This document shows positions 18,215 through 27,965 of a stretch of 64,000 nucleotides of DNA, piece by piece. Within the stretch, counting starts at the first letter, position 1. Each line of letters starts with the position of its first letter. The DNA comes from a bacterium (GTDB lineage Bacteria > Desulfobacterota > DSWW01). The translations under genes were made by a program, and so were the position numbers. The stretch is taken from NCBI GenBank assembly GCA_040756235.1, contig JBFLZG010000062.1, positions 64,001 to 128,000 on the forward strand, written 5' to 3'. Under the pieces are notes generated by a model. The model had not been told where the DNA came from. It saw nothing but the letters and a program-made list of their open reading frames with translations, and made no database searches.

Positions 18215-18673
18215 TCAAGGTGGAGCTTCTGGGGCCCCGTTCTGGATCCACTCTCTCACTGCGCTGATCTGCTCCTGGCTCAAAGGAGGCTGGCCCAGGG
18301 GCATGCGCGCGCCTTCTATGTCAGGGCGTCCTTCGATCTTCCAAACGAGATAGCTGTTGTCCGGGTCGCCGGGATCGACGCGATAGAGCATCAGGTCCGA
18401 ACGCTCCACGCTGAGAACGCCGACGATGCTGTTGAAGGAGTCCGCGACAGAGTCGAGCCTCTGCCCGAGCGGGGCGCCGGCCCCTGCATGACATCCGGGA
18501 ACGGCGCAGACGGGTGTGAAGATGTTGGCCTGGATGGCGGGAAGGGTCGGTTCCAGGGGGATCTGGGACTCGGGTTCCTGGGTACCGTCCCCAGCGCACC
18601 CCGTGTGGACGGCCAGCAGGGCCGCGAGCGCTATCATGATACGTGCAGGACCCGGAAGAGCGCGCCGCCCCAT
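18215..18673 (-). CDS. Lipoprotein cytochrome c-like protein with a CX4CH motif
   Basis: Lipobox-like HTGC; IFTPVCAVPGCH...PGDPDNSYLVWKIEG...RMP...IxxVREWIQNGA (planctomycete-type cytochrome pattern). Confidence 0.8.
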   Translation of the reverse strand: MGRRALPGPARIMIALAALLAVHTGCAGDGTQEPESQIPLEPTLPAIQANIFTPVCAVPGCHAGAGAPLGQRLDSVADSFNSIVGVLSVERSDLMLYRVDPGDPDNSYLVWKIEGRPDIEGARMPLGQPPLSQEQISAVREWIQNGAPEAPP

Positions 18674-19013
18674 CGACCCGACCTCGTGGCGTTCTCGGTG
18701 GAGGAACGCTTCTCACATCACGCCGTTTCAGACTACGTGCACACGCGCGCGAAGGCACCAGCTCCACTTTTATCACCGACGTGCGGACCCAGGAATGGGG
18801 TGAACACCCTATTTTGCATGAGAGATCTACCCTATTCGAGCGATTGAGCGGAGCAGCGGATCTGTCATGCCGTTCCTGCGGGACGGTCACGTGGGTTTAC
18901 AGTCGGAACGCACTTCTTTAGTATCTATAGGATCGAATGATCTGAGGATCCTCCCTGCCGGCGCGCGCTCGGAGGGAGAAGCATCTGGATCCGGTACAGG
19001 AGAGGAGAAACAC

Positions 19014-19985
19014 GTGAGACGGACAAAGGCGGTTGCGGTTGCGGTGCTGATCGTCCTGGCTGCCCCACTCGGTGCGGTTGCGGGTGATCCGAGCTGTGTG
19101 GCCAAGGTGAACGGGGTCGGCATCGCGCAGGAAGAGTTCGATCGGAGCTGGAAGGCCTTCCTGCAGCACAAGGGCATGGCCCCAGGACAGGGACAGGACC
19201 AGGGCGAACAGGTGAAAGCGATGAGGAAGGTGGTCCTGGACGGGCTCATCGGCCAGGAGTTGCTTTGGCAGGAAGCCAAAGACAAGAAGGTGAAGGCGGA
19301 CGATCAGACCGTGAGCGCGGAGCTGGACAAGGTTCGAGGACAGTTCGCCTCTCCGGAAGAGTTCGCCGGCATGCTGAAGGAGAACGGGCTGACGGAGGAG
19401 GGTCTGAAGCTTTTCATGGTCCGACAGCTCACGATCCAGAACCTCGTGAATCAGCAGATCGCGAAAGGGTTGGCGCCGACCGAACAGGAGGTGCACGATT
19501 TCTACGCGTCCAACGCGGACAGCTTCAAGACGCCGGAGCGGGTGCACGCTCGTCACATTCTGGTCAAGGTGGATGCGAACGCGGATCAGGCCGCGCGCGA
19601 CGCGGCTCGCAAGAAGATCGACGGCTTGAGGCAGCAGCTTCTCGGAGGTGCCGATTTTGCCGAGCTGGCCCGGAACAATTCGGATTGTCCTTCGAAGGAG
19701 AGAGGGGGAGACCTGGGCATGATGACTCGCGGTCAGACGGTGAAGCCTTTTGAAGACGCGGCCTTCGCGCTGGAGCCCGGCAAGATTTCAGAGGTGGTCG
19801 AAACTCAGTTCGGCTACCACGTGATCCGGGTCGAGGAGCGCCAAGCCGCTTCCACCGCCACCGAAAAAGAGATGACGGAGAAGATCAAGGGATTTTTGAA
19901 GAACCAGAAGACGAACCAGGCGGTCATGGAGCACGTGAAAGTCCTTCGAGAGAAGGCCAAGGTGGAGATCCTCATGCCGCTCTAA
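19014..19985 (+). CDS. PpiC/parvulin peptidyl-prolyl isomerase (SurA/PrsA-like)
   Basis: Signal peptide, VAKVNG, VHARHILV, FAELARNNSDCPSKERGGDLG, ETQFGYHVI. Confidence 0.93.
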   Translation: MRRTKAVAVAVLIVLAAPLGAVAGDPSCVAKVNGVGIAQEEFDRSWKAFLQHKGMAPGQGQDQGEQVKAMRKVVLDGLIGQELLWQEAKDKKVKADDQTVSAELDKVRGQFASPEEFAGMLKENGLTEEGLKLFMVRQLTIQNLVNQQIAKGLAPTEQEVHDFYASNADSFKTPERVHARHILVKVDANADQAARDAARKKIDGLRQQLLGGADFAELARNNSDCPSKERGGDLGMMTRGQTVKPFEDAAFALEPGKISEVVETQFGYHVIRVEERQAASTATEKEMTEKIKGFLKNQKTNQAVMEHVKVLREKAKVEILMPL

Positions 19986-19992
19986 GCGTTAG

Positions 19993-20138
19993 GAGAGCTT
20001 GTCCCAAAACCTCCAACTTTAGAGCCTGTTCAAATCGGTACGCCGCGGTGACCCCGGCCTTCGCCGGGGCTGGCTGCCGCGGGGCCTCCACGCCCGATGA
20101 GCGCAACGCCGCAGATGGGCGTTTTGGGACAGGCTCTA
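19993..20138 (+). mobile_element. MITE-like inverted-repeat element, copy A
   Basis: AGAGCCTGTTCAAA (20021) and AGAGCTTGTCCCAAAAC (19994) are inverted against GTTTTGGGACAGGCTCT (20121-20137); core GAGCGCAACGCCGCAGATGGGC shared with the 33.2-33.4 kb copies. Confidence 0.75.
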
Positions 20139-20171
20139 GGTAAGTCCTTCTTTTCACAAGTGAAGCCGACA

Positions 20172-20206
20172 GAAATGGGGCGGCGCCGCGATTGCCGCCC
20201 CATTTC
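20172..20206. terminator. Intergenic hairpin, probable terminator
   Basis: GAAATGGGGCGGC / GCCGCCCCATTTC stem. Confidence 0.55.
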
Positions 20207-20325
20207 CGTTCCGGGGCGTGGCGGGAGCGACGATGCCGTCGGGCGTCTTGCGTCATCTAACGAGCAGCACGCCCGCCCCTGTCTGTAAAATAATACTACA
20301 CTGTGAAAAGAAGGAGGATGAAGCC

Positions 20326-21072
20326 ATGAGGTCTCCGCACGTCGCCTTTGTAACGGTGTTGTTGACACTGGCACTCCTCGGGTGCGCCACCCGGAGGGAT
20401 GTGCAGCGGATCGATTCGAAGCTGAACACGATCCTTTCCCAGACCCACGAGACGAGCCTCGGTGAGCTGTTCGACGGGCACTCGAGCTTGATCGCGCAAC
20501 GTATCGACCAGCTTGACGAAAACCAGCGCAAGCGGTTCGATGATCTGCTGGCCAGCTACCAGCGGGGCGCGGTAGCGCAGGAGGAGCTCCGGCAGAAGAT
20601 CGTGGAGATCGTAGGCGGAGAGGACCGGGAGGTTTCGGCCGCAAGCGGGGTATTGCTTCGGGACGCGCAGGGGAACAGGGTGGGAAAGGCCGCCTACGGC
20701 AGCCGTCTCGAGGATTGTCGGATGCTCCGTGGAGATCAGGTGCCGGCCTATCTGAAGGAGACCCCCTCGCTGAGCTCCCACAGGTGGGGGACGGGCACGT
20801 GGCAGGGTGAACGCATCGTCTTCGCGTGGGACCTGACGGTTTCGGGGCTTACGAAAGAGGTAGTGGAAGCCTCGGCCAAACGCACGGCCCAGGAGTTCCT
20901 GAGGATGGGCGGCGACAAACAATGGAGCCGGCCGGTCTACATTCAGTTGTATACGCAAGCTGCCCCGGAAACGATCAAGGTAAAGGCGGCGGACCCTGCA
21001 GACGAGGTCCACTTGCTGCCGGGCGACGAGACGCCTGCGAGCGGCGTGAACCCCCCTGTCCCCGAACCGTAG
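20326..21072 (+). CDS. Hypothetical lipoprotein
   Basis: AAGGAGG RBS, lipobox LLGC, coiled-coil-like N-terminal part. Confidence 0.82.
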   Translation: MRSPHVAFVTVLLTLALLGCATRRDVQRIDSKLNTILSQTHETSLGELFDGHSSLIAQRIDQLDENQRKRFDDLLASYQRGAVAQEELRQKIVEIVGGEDREVSAASGVLLRDAQGNRVGKAAYGSRLEDCRMLRGDQVPAYLKETPSLSSHRWGTGTWQGERIVFAWDLTVSGLTKEVVEASAKRTAQEFLRMGGDKQWSRPVYIQLYTQAAPETIKVKAADPADEVHLLPGDETPASGVNPPVPEP

Positions 21073-21200
21073 GAGCCCGTCGAGACGGGGCCGCTTGCCT
21101 GCCGGTCCCGCGGGGGATGGGCATCCGCGGTCTCACCCGGGCCGGGCAGTGAGACCCGCGGCCGGAAGCGGATGCCGGACGCACTCCTCGAATGCGTTCC

Positions 21201-21330
21201 GGGAGTCCGTTGAAAACCGGCTCCGAAGGCGAGCCCGACACCCCCCGGAGAGCCGCCGCAGGATATCCGACGCCGTTGCCTGGTCACCTCGAGGCCGGGC
21301 CCCGCAGATGGGTGTTTCGTGGCCGCCTCC
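21201..21330 (+). mobile_element. Degenerate MITE-like element, copy B
   Basis: GGAGTCCGTTGAAAA left end and CCGCAGATGGGTGTTT...GCCTCC right end resemble the other copies. Confidence 0.5.
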
Positions 21331-21340
21331 CGGCGCCCTG

Positions 21341-21844
21341 TCAGGGCAGGGAGGCAAAGACCTGGGTAAAATAATAGGTGTCGCCGTCCGCGGCAATGCC
21401 GATGCCCAGGTGCGTGTAGGCGTCCGACAGGATGTTGGCCCGGTGGTCGGCGGAAGCGAGCAGGGCCTCGTGTGCCGTGCGGACCGGGTCGTCGTGCCCC
21501 TGGTTCATGGCGATGTTCTCTCCGAGGGCCCCGTAGTCTTCGACTCCGGCGGCGCTCACCCGGTCCATCACCGATTCGCCGTCCGGGTTCACGTGGGAGA
21601 AGAAGTTGCGATCCGCCATGTCCTGCGAGTTCTGCCTGGCGGCCTCGGTCAGTCCCGGGTCCGCGAGAAGAGGTTGCAGGCCGTTGTCGGCACGCGCATC
21701 ATTGAGGAGCTCGAACATCTCGCGCTCCATCGCCTCGGGATCCCCGCTGGAGGAGTCGTCCCCGCAGTGGGCGCACGTCAGCAGCAAGAGAGCGAGGAGG
21801 GGCAGCAGGGGAAAGGGCCAGGTGATCCGGATTCCGCTATGCAT
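21341..21844 (-). CDS. CAP/SCP-domain lipoprotein
   Basis: LLNDARADNGLQPL, FFSHVNPDG, GENIA, SADHRANIL, YFTQVF; Cys after the hydrophobic signal. Confidence 0.9.
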   Translation of the reverse strand: MHSGIRITWPFPLLPLLALLLLTCAHCGDDSSSGDPEAMEREMFELLNDARADNGLQPLLADPGLTEAARQNSQDMADRNFFSHVNPDGESVMDRVSAAGVEDYGALGENIAMNQGHDDPVRTAHEALLASADHRANILSDAYTHLGIGIAADGDTYYFTQVFASLP

Positions 21845-22210
21845 GAGGCCTCCTTGGGGACGGGCCGCGCACGGCAGTCCCGCCCGGGTGGTTGATTGCA
21901 TTTCGAGGGAAGGACAGGCGTCCGGTGGTACGAGCGAAGGTGCTGTTCAGGCCGACCCCACGCTGCGCGCGGCGAGGGCCCTTCCACGCTGTTGGATGCC
22001 GGAGGGCAGCTTTGTGGATATGATGCGGCCAGGCGATTTCGCGGACGTGCCCGCTGCGCGCGGCGCGGTGCGGCGCGCGGGGAGTGCGTGTCGTTCCAGC
22101 CGGCGGGACGCGGCGCAGCCCGGATGGCGATGCCGGCCGGACTCCTGCACCGGTTCCTCACGGGGCGGCCGCTCGGCGGCGCAACATGCGGCGGCGAAAG
22201 GATCGAGCCA

Positions 22211-23134
22211 GTGAGCGCGGGTACGCAGCCGGTGATCGAGGCGGTGCAGCTGCGAAAGGCGTTCGGCACGCTGACGGCGGTCGACGGGATTTCCTTCCGC
22301 GTGCTGCCGGGTGAGTGCTTCGGCATCCTGGGACCGAACGGCGCGGGCAAGACCTCGACCGTGCGGATGATCTACGGGTTCTCGCCGCCCAGCGCGGGAA
22401 GCCTGAAGGTTTTTGGGCTCGACGTGCGCACCGATCTCAGGCGCATCAAGCTCCGGGTGGGCGTCTGTCAGCAGGACAACAGCCTGGACCCGGACCTGAC
22501 GGTCGCCCGGAATCTCGAAATCTTTGCCAGCTACTTCGACATCCCCAGGGACACGGCGCGCGCGAGGGCCCGGGAGCTCCTGCGGTTCATCGGCCTCAGC
22601 CATCGGATGCACGCGCGCATCCCCGAGCTTTCGGGAGGCATGATGCGCAGGCTCGTGCTGGCCAGGGCTCTCATCAACCGCCCCGAGCTGCTCGTCCTGG
22701 ACGAGCCGACCACCGGTCTCGACCCGCAGTCGCGTCACCAGGTCTGGGAGCGGATCGAGCGTCTCCGTGCGCACGGACTCACGGTTCTGCTGACGACGCA
22801 TTACATGGAGGAGGCCTCCAGGCTGTGCGATCGTGTCGTCATTCTGGACCACGGGCGGATCCTCGTGGAAGGAAATCCGAAGGAGCTGATCCGCAACCAC
22901 CTGGGGCAGAACGTCATCGAGGTCACGGAGCCGGAGGAGGATCTGCGCGCGTTCGTGCGGGCTCAAGGGCTGCCCCACGAAGACCTCGGCCACCGCCTGA
23001 TGATCTACGGGCAGGAGGACGATCGGCTGTTCCGGGAGATCGGCAGCCGCTACTGCAGGAACGGATGCGTGCTGAGGGTGGCGACGCTCGAGGATGTCTT
23101 TCTCAAGCTCACGGGAAGGGAGTTGCGCGAATGA
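22211..23134 (+). CDS. ABC exporter ATPase (NodI/DrrA-like)
   Basis: GPNGAGKT, LSGGMMRR, LDEPTTGLDPQ, TTHYMEEA, TLEDVF. Confidence 0.93.
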   Translation: MSAGTQPVIEAVQLRKAFGTLTAVDGISFRVLPGECFGILGPNGAGKTSTVRMIYGFSPPSAGSLKVFGLDVRTDLRRIKLRVGVCQQDNSLDPDLTVARNLEIFASYFDIPRDTARARARELLRFIGLSHRMHARIPELSGGMMRRLVLARALINRPELLVLDEPTTGLDPQSRHQVWERIERLRAHGLTVLLTTHYMEEASRLCDRVVILDHGRILVEGNPKELIRNHLGQNVIEVTEPEEDLRAFVRAQGLPHEDLGHRLMIYGQEDDRLFREIGSRYCRNGCVLRVATLEDVFLKLTGRELRE

Positions 23135-23925
23135 GGAGGCCGGCGGTTCGGGTTCCGATCTCGAAGAGATTCGTCAGGGTCTGGCAGCGCAACCTCGCCG
23201 TGTACCTGAGGACGTGGAAGATCAGCTTCATTCCGCCTCTTCTCGAACCGCTCCTGTATCTGCTGGCCTTCGGGGTCGGATTGAGCGCGCTCGTGGGCAA
23301 GGTGCGCGCCGGCGGGGAGGAGGTCTCCTACGTCGACTTCATCGCCCCGGCCCTGATTGCCATCACCATCATGAACAGCGCCTTCTTCGAGAACACCTAT
23401 GCTTCGTTCGTCCGCATGTACTACCAGAAAACCTTCGACGCGATGCTGGCAACCCCTCTGTTCATCGAGGAGATCATCACGGGTGAGATGATCTGGGGCG
23501 CCACCAAGTCGCTGATCGCCTCCGCCATCATGGTCGCGGTGATCAGCTGCTTCGGGCTCATCCGATACCCGTGGGGCCTCTTGATCTTGCCACTGGCCCT
23601 GCTGGGGGGAATGGCCTTCGGATCCATGGGCATGCTCTTCACCAGCCTCGTCCCGAACATTGAAATGTTCAACCTGCCGGTGTTTTTGTTCGTGACGCCG
23701 ATGTTCCTGTTCAGCGGAACCTTCTTTCCGGTCGAGAACCTGCCCGCCTGGGCCCAAAGCCTCGCGTCGGCCCTGCCGTTGACCCACCTCGTGCGTCTGA
23801 CGCGCGCCTTCACCTTCGGTAAGCTCGACTGGGGCCTGCTGTGGAGCGTGCTCTACCTGATCGTCTTCGCGCTCGCCCTGGTCCCTCTCGCGGTCCGGCA
23901 GATGCGCCGGCGGCTCATCAAGTGA
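23131..23925 (+). CDS. ABC-2 permease (NodJ-like)
   Basis: ATGA overlap with the ATPase; EPLLYLLAFGVGL, LFSGTFFP, LPLTH; about six TM helices. Confidence 0.93.
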   Translation: MRRPAVRVPISKRFVRVWQRNLAVYLRTWKISFIPPLLEPLLYLLAFGVGLSALVGKVRAGGEEVSYVDFIAPALIAITIMNSAFFENTYASFVRMYYQKTFDAMLATPLFIEEIITGEMIWGATKSLIASAIMVAVISCFGLIRYPWGLLILPLALLGGMAFGSMGMLFTSLVPNIEMFNLPVFLFVTPMFLFSGTFFPVENLPAWAQSLASALPLTHLVRLTRAFTFGKLDWGLLWSVLYLIVFALALVPLAVRQMRRRLIK

Positions 23926-23941
23926 TCGTGGATGGAAAAGA

Positions 23942-23973
23942 GAGCAGAGGAGGGGGGAACCCCTCCTCTGCTC
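23942..23973. terminator. Hairpin between convergent genes
   Basis: Perfect 14-bp stem GAGCAGAGGAGGGG / CCCCTCCTCTGCTC with GGAA loop. Confidence 0.8.
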
Positions 23974-23994
23974 AAGAGGGTCCAGGCTTCGCGC

Positions 23995-26043
23995 TTACTG
24001 CGTGACGGTGACCGTGCCCGTCATGCCCAGGGCGCAGTGGGGAATGCAGAAGTAAGGGAACGTCCCAGCCGTGTCGAACGTCTGGGAGAAGGTCTGGCCC
24101 ATGTTCAGCAGGCCGGAATCCCAGGTACCGTCGGCCGTGCAGTTCGTGCCGCTGGTGCTGGTGTGCGCAGAAGGGCCGTTGTTGACCCACTGCACGGTGT
24201 CACCCACACTGATCTGCACGTCCACGGGATCGAAGGTGAAGTCCTGCATGTTCACCGTGTGGGTCTGAGGGCCGGGGCCGCCGCAGGCGCTCGCGCAGGT
24301 CGCCCGAGCCTGGAGGCAAGCGGCGCCGGTCTGGGCCGGATCCAACAGGCAGGTGTCGAACGCGGTCTGGCAATCCTGGAAGCAGGTCCCGCACTGGGCT
24401 TGCGCTCCGTACAGGTTGGCTTCCGAGGGCTGGCAGGCCGTGAGCGTATTGGTCCAGGCCGTGGTGCAGATGTCCTGACAGGCGGTGTCGCCGGCAGGGC
24501 AAGCCTGCAGACAGGTCCTGAGGGGATCGACGGCTTGACTCTGGGCCGTCGTGCACTCGGTTGTCTGCTGCTGCGCCGCTGCTTCCTGGCAGGTCTGCTG
24601 CGCTCCACCGCAGGCGTTCGCGCAGGTCGTTCTGGCCTGGAGGCAGGCTGCACCCGTCTGCGCCGGATCCAACAGGCAGGTGCCGAACGCGGTCTGGCAA
24701 TCACGGAAGCAGGTGCCGCACTGGCCTTGCGCCCCGAACAGGTTTTGTTCCGAGGGCTGGCAGGCGGTAAGCGTATCGTTCCAGGTTGTCACGCAAGCGT
24801 CCGCGCAGGTGACGTCGCCGGCAGGGCAGGCCTGCAGGCAGGTCCGGAGGGGATCGACGGCTTGAGCCTGGGCCGTGGTGCACTCGGTTGTCTGCTGCTG
24901 CGCCGCTGCTTCCTCGCAAGTCTGCTGCGCCCCGCCGCAAGCGTTGGCGCAGGTCGCTCTGGCTGCAAGACAGGCCGCGCCGGTCTGGGCCGGATCCAAC
25001 AGGCAGGTGCCGAAAGCGGTCTGGCAATCACGGAAGCAGGTGCCGCACTGGCCTTGCGCGCCGAACAGGTTTTGTTCCGAGGGCTGGCAGGCGGTAAGCG
25101 TATCATTCCAGGTGGTCACGCAGGCGTCCGCGCAGGTGACGTCGCCGGCAGGGCAGGCCTGCAGGCAGGTCCGGAGGGGATCGACGGCTTGAGCCTGGGC
25201 CGTGGTGCACTCGGTTGACTGCTGCTGAACAAGGTCCTGCTCACAAGTCGCCGGGGTGCCGCACCCGGACACACAGGTCCTGAGGGTATTGATGCAGTCC
25301 GCGCCCGTGCTTTCCGGCAGCAGGATGCAGGCATTGAACGCATCCCCGCAATCGTTGAAGCAGGCTCCGCACTCGCCGGCGCCTTCGAAGAGCTTCTCGG
25401 CGGCAGGCTCGCAGGCCTGGGCTTCGTCGCGGTACTCGCGCTGGCAGATCTCGATGCAGTCCGGATCGCCGGGAGGCACGCAGGCGTCCACGCAGGATTT
25501 CAGGTTGTCCACCGCGGTGTCGCCCGCATCGAGGCACTCCTGGGACTGGATCTGCTGAACCGCTTCATCGCAGCTGATGATCTCGGCGGAACAAGCATCC
25601 AGGCAGTCGCTGCGCTCGTTCAGACAGTCCTCTCCGGTTGCCTCCGGATTGGCCAAGCAGGTGAACAGGAACGTGTCCTGACAGACCGTAAAACAGGCGC
25701 CGCAACTGGAATCAGCCGCAAAGATCGTATCGTCGCCGGTGCAGGACCCGGTGGCGTTGTCCCAATCCGTTTCGCAGGCATCCTGGCAGGCGGTATCATC
25801 GGGCGTACATGCGGCGAGACAGGTCTGCAGCGCTGTCACGGCCGCGACGGACTCGTCCTGGCAGGCCTGGTCGTGCAGCTGGGACACCGCCTGAGAGCAG
25901 TCCGGGGCGGGCTGACCTCCGTTGCCATCGCCGTCATCGTCATCGTCGTCGCATCCCACGACACCGATTGCCGCTATCAAGCCGATACAGAGCAGGCATG
26001 CGAGTGTGGGCGTCGCCCACTTTCGTCTCATTTTCAGATTCAT
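23995..26043 (-). CDS. Lipoprotein with five ~109-aa Cys-rich repeats and a C-terminal plastocyanin-like cupredoxin domain
   Basis: Lipobox VVGC then poly-Asp; repeats with 14 Cys; type-1 copper ligands H...YFCIPHCALGM. Confidence 0.9.
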   Translation of the reverse strand: MNLKMRRKWATPTLACLLCIGLIAAIGVVGCDDDDDDGDGNGGQPAPDCSQAVSQLHDQACQDESVAAVTALQTCLAACTPDDTACQDACETDWDNATGSCTGDDTIFAADSSCGACFTVCQDTFLFTCLANPEATGEDCLNERSDCLDACSAEIISCDEAVQQIQSQECLDAGDTAVDNLKSCVDACVPPGDPDCIEICQREYRDEAQACEPAAEKLFEGAGECGACFNDCGDAFNACILLPESTGADCINTLRTCVSGCGTPATCEQDLVQQQSTECTTAQAQAVDPLRTCLQACPAGDVTCADACVTTWNDTLTACQPSEQNLFGAQGQCGTCFRDCQTAFGTCLLDPAQTGAACLAARATCANACGGAQQTCEEAAAQQQTTECTTAQAQAVDPLRTCLQACPAGDVTCADACVTTWNDTLTACQPSEQNLFGAQGQCGTCFRDCQTAFGTCLLDPAQTGAACLQARTTCANACGGAQQTCQEAAAQQQTTECTTAQSQAVDPLRTCLQACPAGDTACQDICTTAWTNTLTACQPSEANLYGAQAQCGTCFQDCQTAFDTCLLDPAQTGAACLQARATCASACGGPGPQTHTVNMQDFTFDPVDVQISVGDTVQWVNNGPSAHTSTSGTNCTADGTWDSGLLNMGQTFSQTFDTAGTFPYFCIPHCALGMTGTVTVTQ
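24280..25245 (-). repeat. Three near-identical 327-bp intragenic tandem repeats
   Basis: Units begin at 25245, 24918 and 24591 on the minus strand. Confidence 0.92.
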
Positions 26044-27083
26044 GGCTTTGTCCTCTCTTCTACTGAATCGAATTCAAGGTCTCTTCGGTCGAGCCCGTTG
26101 TTCCCATGCGCGGCCGCCAAGCCCGAGCTCGATGTTCTCGACTCTTCCCCGGAGGTTATTCCCTTCCGGGAAGCTCGCATCCGGTGGAGCTGATCAGCAA
26201 CGGTAAGGGGCAGAAAGGGGGTGATCTGCAGGGGAACGGGTTCTTGCGCATGACGGGCCTCTTGAAACAGTTGAGGTTGATCTTGGAATCTTCCCGCCCT
26301 GACCGTCTTCCCTCAGCGGCGGTTCGGAAGATCTGCGCCAAAGAAAGGGCGGTGGAGGCGAGGCCACCTGGCTCGACCGGGGCAGGAGTCTGTTCGGGCA
26401 CGAGGCGCGGCGGCGCATGGCGGGGGAGAAAGCTCACTCCCGGGCGGTGCCGGCAGGAGTCCGCAGAGTGCAGCTTTCTGGCGCGCCGCGTTCGCCGGCT
26501 CTTGCTGACAGGGTGATCCACGCGCTCTGGCCCTCCAGGGCTGGTGACGGGCTCCTGTCCGTACGCGCTCGTGTGTCGGTGTGATCCGATTTCGTAAATC
26601 GTCGTTACTCGGCCGTCCGGCCTGGGGTGGAAAAGCAAAGATGCGGAGGACGGCCCGCATGTGGGTGCGTGGCCTGCTCGAACTTCACTCGGTTGGATGC
26701 AGCGACTTTTTGAAAGTCGCCGGAGTCGTATCCGGTCAGGGTGCGCGGCGCCGAACAGCTCCGGGATCGTCGAGGCAAGAAGTGGAACGAAGGTTGGGGT
26801 TGTTCCCCTGGGGAGGAGACCGCCGGTACGGCTCCGGTGAAAAACAGCCCGCGAACGCACCGGCGAGAAAGGCGCAGGGGCAGCCTTCACGGGACAGGCT
26901 GCCCCTGCTCGAGGTTTGTCTGAGCCGCTGGTTTCCTCGGGCTGACGGACTCGAGTGCACCGGTCAGCCGCCAGGCGTCCCCGGATTTCGCCCTCCGGCG
27001 GGCATCGACATGGGTCTCTCACTACAGGATCGGGTCGGCCATGAGGGGGCCGTGCGCCTCCTCCCTCTGCACTTGACGGCAGG

Positions 27084-27257
27084 TCAGGCAGGAGGCCGTC
27101 CTCTGAATGCGCCGGTAAGCAGCGATACGAGAAACAGGATGAGGAAGATGGCAAAAAGGATCTTGGCGATTCCGGCCGCGGAGGCAGCGACACCGGAGAA
27201 ACCGAAGAACCCCGCAATGATGGCTACGATCAGGAAGACCACCGTCCAGTACAGCAT
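27084..27257 (-). CDS. DUF1328 (UPF0391/YtjA-like) small membrane protein, 57 aa
   Basis: Not in the ORF track; [47 protein letters not shown] with AAGGAG RBS. Confidence 0.93.
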   Translation of the reverse strand: MLYWTVVFLIVAIIAGFFGFSGVAASAAGIAKILFAIFLILFLVSLLTGAFRGRPPA

Positions 27258-27519
27258 CTCGGCGCTCCTTATTCATTCCGCACTTCGTCGTCTGAGCAGG
27301 ACCGCATCGGACGAGGGAGTGAGGTTTAGAGTGTTCAACAGTTAGAAGCGCTTGGGGGTATTTTGGGACCTCCCGAGCTCTCGCGGGTCGATGCGAGCAG
27401 GCGCACCGTGCCGCCCCCGGGAGGGAACCGAAGCGGAGGAGGGGTTTTTCGGACTGAGGAGCGTGCCGTTCAGGGGGAAGAACCGGGAGCGGCCATCGAC
27501 CGGTCGTGAAGGGAACCGC

Positions 27520-27566
27520 AACCTGCAAGCGCCGAGGAGGCTTCGCTCCCTCGGCGCTTGCAGGTT
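27520..27566. terminator. Long hairpin downstream of the 27612 gene
   Basis: 18-bp perfect stem AACCTGCAAGCGCCGAGG / CCTCGGCGCTTGCAGGTT. Confidence 0.65.
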
Positions 27567-27611
27567 ACCCATCCTGTTGAGCTTGCGCTCGGCTTGGCAG
27601 AGCCAGCCGTT

Positions 27612-27965
27612 CTAGTAGACCAACCCGGAACGCCCTTCGGGTCCGAACTGGAGCTTCTCTTCCTGGCCTTCGTGAATCGGTCCATAACTGCTCACATCGA
27701 TGCTGGGCTGATCTCCATCCTCTTTGACCATGCCCATGACCCGGACTTTCTGTCCCTCGTACCGCTGCAATGCGTCGGCGTTTTTGCCGGTCAGGGCGTA
27801 GACTTTGCCCTCTTCGGATACGATCGTATTGTTGTCGCTGACCTCGCCGATGACCGGCTGTTCGAACTTGGCCGCCGCTTCCGCAGATTGCGTAGCGGCG
27901 ACTGCCGCCACGAAGGACAAGGCCATGCAGAGGATGAATGCCGTGCGAATTCCTGAACGATCCAT
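27612..27965 (-). CDS. Small secreted protein with a DUF5818-like (OB-like) domain
   Basis: Signal peptide; G...Y.L.G...L....G.KVRVxG pattern shared with two nearby proteins. Confidence 0.78.
   Translation of the reverse strand: MDRSGIRTAFILCMALSFVAAVAATQSAEAAAKFEQPVIGEVSDNNTIVSEEGKVYALTGKNADALQRYEGQKVRVMGMVKEDGDQPSIDVSSYGPIHEGQEEKLQFGPEGRSGLVY

Noticed and set aside
22211..23925. nodI/nodJ symbols implying nodulation-factor export
   Set aside because: This ABC-2 family is widespread and no nodABC genes are present; substrate unknown
23995..26043. Cys-rich lipoprotein as a multiheme cytochrome or ferredoxin
   Set aside because: No CxxCH and no CxxCxxCxxxC motifs
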